Positions 59,811 to 64,000 of a stretch of DNA of 64,000 bases are shown here, piece after piece (the stretch's first letter is position 1; each line of letters starts with the position of its first letter). The stretch comes from a virus, in the IMG/VR virus record IMGVR_UViG_3300049734_000086, positions 10,431-74,430 of that record; one strand, written 5' to 3'. The notes under the pieces are model-generated. The model was not told where the DNA came from and searched no databases. It was given only the letters and a program-made list of their open reading frames with translations. The position numbers were made by a program, and so were the translations under genes.

Positions 59811-62537
59811 AGGAAGGACAGTCTGCCGAGTCGACCAGTAGACTATCGGCTCTCACCGAATCACGTCCCCGGCCACGGCCCCCACGACGCCGACATCATG
59901 ATCGTCGGCGAAGGCCCGGGCCGGGTCGAGGACCGGGAGCGGCTGCCGTTCGTAGGCCCCAGTGGTCAGATTCTCACCGACGCCCTCGAACGTCCCGACC
60001 CACCACTCCTGCGCCGGGACTGCTACATCACCAACATCATCAAGCGCAGAATCCAGGACGACGAGGACCCGACGCCCGAGGAGATCGCGTACTTCACCCC
60101 CGAACTCCTTCGGGAGCTGGAGGAGGTGGACCCCGACGTGGTGATCGCGGCCGGGGCCTTCGCGGCCAGATTCTTCCTCGGGCCCGACTTCAACATGGAG
60201 TGGCAGCACGGGATGCCTGCGTGGAGCCATCAGTACGGGGTACCCGTCGTCCCCTGCTATCACCCCGCCTCCGCCCTCCATGACACCGAGCAGATGGACG
60301 CCGTCTACTGGGACTACGCCCGGGCCGGGGCCTTTGTGCGCGGGGTACTGGGGCTCCATCAGCCGAAGCCGAGGGTGACCCAGGTCCTCGACGCCGACCT
60401 GTTGCCGACCTTCCTGCCCCAGAACAGTACCCTGGGCATCGACACCGAGGACAAGGTCGACGGGACCCCCTGGTGCGCGACGGTGAGCTGGAAGGACGGC
60501 TCGGGGTGCTTCATCCCCGGCGACGACGAGCGGTCGGTCAAGCGGCTGCGTGTCCTACTGACCGACCCCACCCTCGCCGTCTACATCCACAACACCATGC
60601 ACGACCTCAAACCGCTCCGTCAGATGGGCGTGGACGTGGGGCGCGGGCTCGATTGGAGCCACCGGGGGGACTACGCGCGGGTGGTCGACACCATGGTCCT
60701 GGCCTTCGAGCAGGGCAAGATCCACACCCAGGGCCTCAAGACCCTCGCCTACCGCCTGCTGAACATCATCATGCAGGAGTACATGGACATCGTCGGGCCC
60801 GTGGCCCAGGAGCGGGCGTACTGGAAACTGGTCAAGTGGGCCGGTCACCAGTGGCCAGTCCCCGAGGCCACACCCAGTTACAACCCCGAGACCGGCAAGC
60901 TGACATGGTCCCGGCCCTGGGGGCTCAACACCCACTTCAACCGCCTGCTCGCGGACTTCAATCCTGCGCTCCGGGACTACCTGTACTTCAAGGCCACCAA
61001 GAAACGGCCCACGCCCCCGGAGGTGGACTTCGACTACATCCCGAACCCGGCCGTCGATCTCATCAAGCGATGGGAGAAGGTGGACCTATTCAAACGCGAG
61101 CAGGTCTCGGCCCAGTACGGCACTCACCGCATTGACGACACCGACCTCTCCCACTGCGACTTCACCACGGCCGCCCACTATGCCTGCCAGGACGCCGATG
61201 TCACACGGATCCTGGGCCGGGACCTGGAGGCCAGACACCGGATTCTGGACCTCACCGAGATCAGCGAGATCGACCACGGCCAGATCCCCATGGTCGAGCG
61301 CATGCAGGGCAACGGCATGCCCAGCGACCCCGACCACTTCCGCGCCCTCAGCCGGGAGATGCGGGAGCACGAGGCCACGCTGATTGGGGTACTCGAAACC
61401 ATCACCGGCCGCGAGCTGAACCCCAATAGCACCGACCAAGTCGCCGACCTCCTCTTCAAGGAGATGAAGCTGGAGGCCATCAAGACGACCAGGACCGGGA
61501 AGCTCAGTACCGGCAAGAAGGCCTTACAACACCTGCGGAAGACCAACCCGGTGGTCGAGTGGATCATGTCGAGCCGCGAGCACGTGAAGGTCTCGGGCTT
61601 CTGCGAGTCCATCGTCGAGTACACCCGGCTGATGGTCGACGGGGAGTACCGGGCCTTCTACGAGCTGATGGTCACCCGGGCCAAGACCGGCAGACTGGCC
61701 AGCAAGAAATTCAACGCCCTGGCCATCCCCGTACGGACTGCGCTGGGGAAGCGGATCCGGCACGGGTTCAAGGCGCGGCCCGGGCGGCAGTTGGGAACCT
61801 GGGACCTGAACCAGATCGAGATGCGGGTCATGGCCCACCGCAGCCAGGACCCCTTGATGCTGGAGATCTACAACCGCAACCCCAAGCGGTTCGCCAAGTG
61901 GGAGCGGGACCTGCACGTCGAGACCGCCAGCAAGATCTGGGGCTGTAGTCTCCAGGACGTGAAGAAGGACTGGAGGACCGCCGCCAAGTCCACGGGCTTC
62001 GGCATCATCATGGGCATCACGGGCGTGGGCCTCAGTGACCAGATGCGGCTCTACGGCCTGAACCCAGAGGACTGGCCCGAGGACCGCTGCGACGAGCTGA
62101 TCGCCGACTGGCTGAGGATCTACAAGGGGGTGAACGACTACCAGCAGGTGAAACGCGCCGAGGCCCGGAGGACGGGGGAAGTCCGGGACCTGTTCGACCG
62201 CCGCCACCGGCTGCCCCATGCCACCTGTCCACTGAGCTGGATCCGGGGGGAGGCCGAGCGGCAGTCGCATGCGCTCGATATTCAGGGCAGTGCCCAGGCG
62301 ATCGAGAAGATCTGCATGGCCAGAATCTGGCGCGAGCTGCTGCCGGAGCTGCGGTGGATGGGGCACTGCGAGCCCCTGCTGCAAGTACATGACGAACTGG
62401 TGTGGGAGTTCGACGAAGACCTGGGGCCGGTGATCGACCCCTTGATGCTGCACTACTTGACCACCACGGTCAGTCTCAGCGTCCCGATAGAGGCAGGCGG
62501 GGCGATGGGGCAGTCGTGGGGAGACTTGGAGAAGTGA
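59781..62537 (+). CDS. family A DNA polymerase with N-terminal uracil-DNA glycosylase (family 4-like) domain
   Basis: VGEGPG..E....PFVG.SG and YHP (UDG); IDTE, HN, YACQD (exo); DLNQIEMR, R..AK...FG, VHDE (pol); start uncertain. Confidence 0.92.
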   Translation: MARTAVARQARKDSLPSRPVDYRLSPNHVPGHGPHDADIMIVGEGPGRVEDRERLPFVGPSGQILTDALERPDPPLLRRDCYITNIIKRRIQDDEDPTPEEIAYFTPELLRELEEVDPDVVIAAGAFAARFFLGPDFNMEWQHGMPAWSHQYGVPVVPCYHPASALHDTEQMDAVYWDYARAGAFVRGVLGLHQPKPRVTQVLDADLLPTFLPQNSTLGIDTEDKVDGTPWCATVSWKDGSGCFIPGDDERSVKRLRVLLTDPTLAVYIHNTMHDLKPLRQMGVDVGRGLDWSHRGDYARVVDTMVLAFEQGKIHTQGLKTLAYRLLNIIMQEYMDIVGPVAQERAYWKLVKWAGHQWPVPEATPSYNPETGKLTWSRPWGLNTHFNRLLADFNPALRDYLYFKATKKRPTPPEVDFDYIPNPAVDLIKRWEKVDLFKREQVSAQYGTHRIDDTDLSHCDFTTAAHYACQDADVTRILGRDLEARHRILDLTEISEIDHGQIPMVERMQGNGMPSDPDHFRALSREMREHEATLIGVLETITGRELNPNSTDQVADLLFKEMKLEAIKTTRTGKLSTGKKALQHLRKTNPVVEWIMSSREHVKVSGFCESIVEYTRLMVDGEYRAFYELMVTRAKTGRLASKKFNALAIPVRTALGKRIRHGFKARPGRQLGTWDLNQIEMRVMAHRSQDPLMLEIYNRNPKRFAKWERDLHVETASKIWGCSLQDVKKDWRTAAKSTGFGIIMGITGVGLSDQMRLYGLNPEDWPEDRCDELIADWLRIYKGVNDYQQVKRAEARRTGEVRDLFDRRHRLPHATCPLSWIRGEAERQSHALDIQGSAQAIEKICMARIWRELLPELRWMGHCEPLLQVHDELVWEFDEDLGPVIDPLMLHYLTTTVSLSVPIEAGGAMGQSWGDLEK

Positions 62538-62746
62538 TGAACGGACGCTACATCGCCAAGACCTTGGCTGACTACCCGACGCTACGGTCGACTGGAATCA
62601 TCAGCGCCGTGGTCGTGCAAGAATTTCTAACCGAGCAGGACCCTGGTGAGGGGTACCGGCTTCTACCGCCCACGCAGTTCACGGGCGGCTGGATGTTCAT
62701 TTGGGAATGGCAGCCCAGCGACGGCAAACACGACTGACCCCGTGCG

Positions 62747-62776
62747 TTGACCGCACACTGACCTTCTAGGTAAGAT
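62747..62776 (+). promoter_or_regulatory. putative sigma70-type promoter
   Basis: TTGACC-18 bp-TAAGAT upstream of 62813. Confidence 0.45.
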
Positions 62777-62812
62777 TGACCCCGTACGACCTCAAACAAG
62801 GAGCAACCCGCA

Positions 62813-63454
62813 ATGGCAACCAGCAAGAAGAAAGGCTTCATGGCCGACTCCGTCCGCAAGGCGAAGCTGAAGTTCGGCACCAGTACCAGCACCAAGCCCA
62901 AGGCCCACGCCGCAAAAGCCAAACCGGCCCCGGCCCGCAAGAAGAAGACCAAGGCCAAGGGCCCCAAGCCCCCGCGCCCGGTCGGGGTCTCCACGCCCAG
63001 CCCCACGGCCACCGAGACCGAGGGCACCTTCACCCAGTACCCCGTCCTGGCCAGCCTGCCCGACCTCGTGAACCTTCACCAGACCGCCCACAAGGACATC
63101 AAGGACGCCCTGGCCTCCGTGGCCAGTATCACGGGCCCGGCCGAACAGGTGAAGAAGAAGGCAGCCGGGGACATCGAGGCCCTGCTCGTCGCCGCCGACC
63201 TGGACGGGACCGAGGACGAGGGCGTGACGGTCGGGGAGCGCCGGGTCAAGCGGATCGAGGTCCAGGGTGAGGAGTACGTGGACACGGTCATGCTGCTGGA
63301 GGCCGGGGTCCCCATCGACACCATCAAGGCCTGCACCAAGCGCAAGGAGGGCTACTCCTACGCCCTGGTCATCAACCCGAAGAAGAAGGGCCAGACGGCC
63401 ACGGTGGCGGACGCTGAGGAAGGAGAGGGCCATGGCCACAAGAAGTACGCCTAA
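62813..63454 (+). CDS. hypothetical protein with Lys-rich N-terminus
   Basis: AGGAG RBS; 213 aa. Confidence 0.6.
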   Translation: MATSKKKGFMADSVRKAKLKFGTSTSTKPKAHAAKAKPAPARKKKTKAKGPKPPRPVGVSTPSPTATETEGTFTQYPVLASLPDLVNLHQTAHKDIKDALASVASITGPAEQVKKKAAGDIEALLVAADLDGTEDEGVTVGERRVKRIEVQGEEYVDTVMLLEAGVPIDTIKACTKRKEGYSYALVINPKKKGQTATVADAEEGEGHGHKKYA

Positions 63455-63878
63455 GAAGAAGAAGGCCAAGGTCAGGACCACGGCTAGAACCCCCAAACGG
63501 CAGGCCAGGGTGACCGCCAGGACACGACCATCGACCCCCACGGCCAAGGAGTGGGGGGTGGTCAACGTGGCTCCTGAGGTCTTCCAGGACGCCCTGCGGC
63601 ACCCCGAGACCGTCTTCGTGCCCCTCCGCAACGCCTTCGACCAGGACGGGTTCGAGGCCCAGGACCGGCGGCTCATCGTCCGGGACAAGCAGGACGGCCG
63701 TCTGGCCGTGGGGAAGGCGATTGCGACCGAGCCTCACGGCATCACCCTCGGCACCCTGTGGCGGCTGCCCCCCGAGTACAGACTGGCCCAGGGGGAGTAC
63801 CTCACCGGGGCCATGGTGGTGCTGGTAAGCCCCAACATCCCGCCCAAGGCGAAGTTCATCGTCGACCGGATGAGGTAG
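63432..63878 (+). CDS. hypothetical protein with basic N-terminus
   Basis: MATRSTPKKKK start after GGAG. Confidence 0.55.
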   Translation: MATRSTPKKKKAKVRTTARTPKRQARVTARTRPSTPTAKEWGVVNVAPEVFQDALRHPETVFVPLRNAFDQDGFEAQDRRLIVRDKQDGRLAVGKAIATEPHGITLGTLWRLPPEYRLAQGEYLTGAMVVLVSPNIPPKAKFIVDRMR

Positions 63879-64000
63879 GGGGAAGTGGACAGCCGGGGGC
63901 GAGTCGTGTAGGCTTCCGGGCCTATGCGATAGCTCCTCACATAGCCAGACAAGTACCACGAGAGACCGTAGCGGCCCGCCACTCATGCATCCCAGGCATG

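Noticed and set aside
58760-59856. ORFs over the pentamer array (ARRG/PCLA-type translations)
   Set aside because: Low-complexity products of the 5-nt periodic repeat in several frames; no consistent RBS or codon pattern
42224-62453. Long minus-strand ORFs opposite right-arm genes (42224-43891, 48187-49926, 61524-62453)
   Set aside because: Antisense shadows of motif-bearing plus-strand genes
1-64000. tRNA/rRNA genes, integrase, att sites
   Set aside because: None recognisable by eye; a tRNAscan/Aragorn run would be needed to exclude tRNAs formally

Overview
The window is a 64-kb internal piece of a large, GC-rich tailed dsDNA phage or prophage. No host housekeeping genes, integrase, tRNA or CRISPR array were seen. 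The left arm (1-29.5 kb, minus strand) is the late operon: terminase small and large subunits, portal, lysis genes, scaffold, major capsid, a 1079-aa GT4-methyltransferase-GT2 fusion, neck, tail and accessory virion proteins. The right arm (30.8-64 kb, mostly plus strand) carries many small early genes and DNA metabolism genes: beta-clamp-like protein, UvrD and DinG helicases, PD-(D/E)XK and ERCC4 nucleases, AAA ATPase, Dam-type methylase and a UDG-PolA fusion. The most striking element is at 57.6-59.8 kb. There a Cas7/RAMP-like gene and a small partner gene are followed by a ~0.9-kb non-coding array of about 16 units. Each unit is built from GG(C/T/A)-NN pentamers and delimited by GGCNGTC. 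The variable NN dinucleotides have the base composition of codon positions 1 and 2, which suggests a CRISPR-independent, wobble-skipping RNA-guided targeting system. Other notable items are a near CpG-free island with 28-bp inverted repeats, a dispersed GGTCAGWCT motif, a 14-aa leader shared by three proteins, and a 1-kb putative structured RNA leader. All protein family calls come from motif recognition by eye, not database searches.
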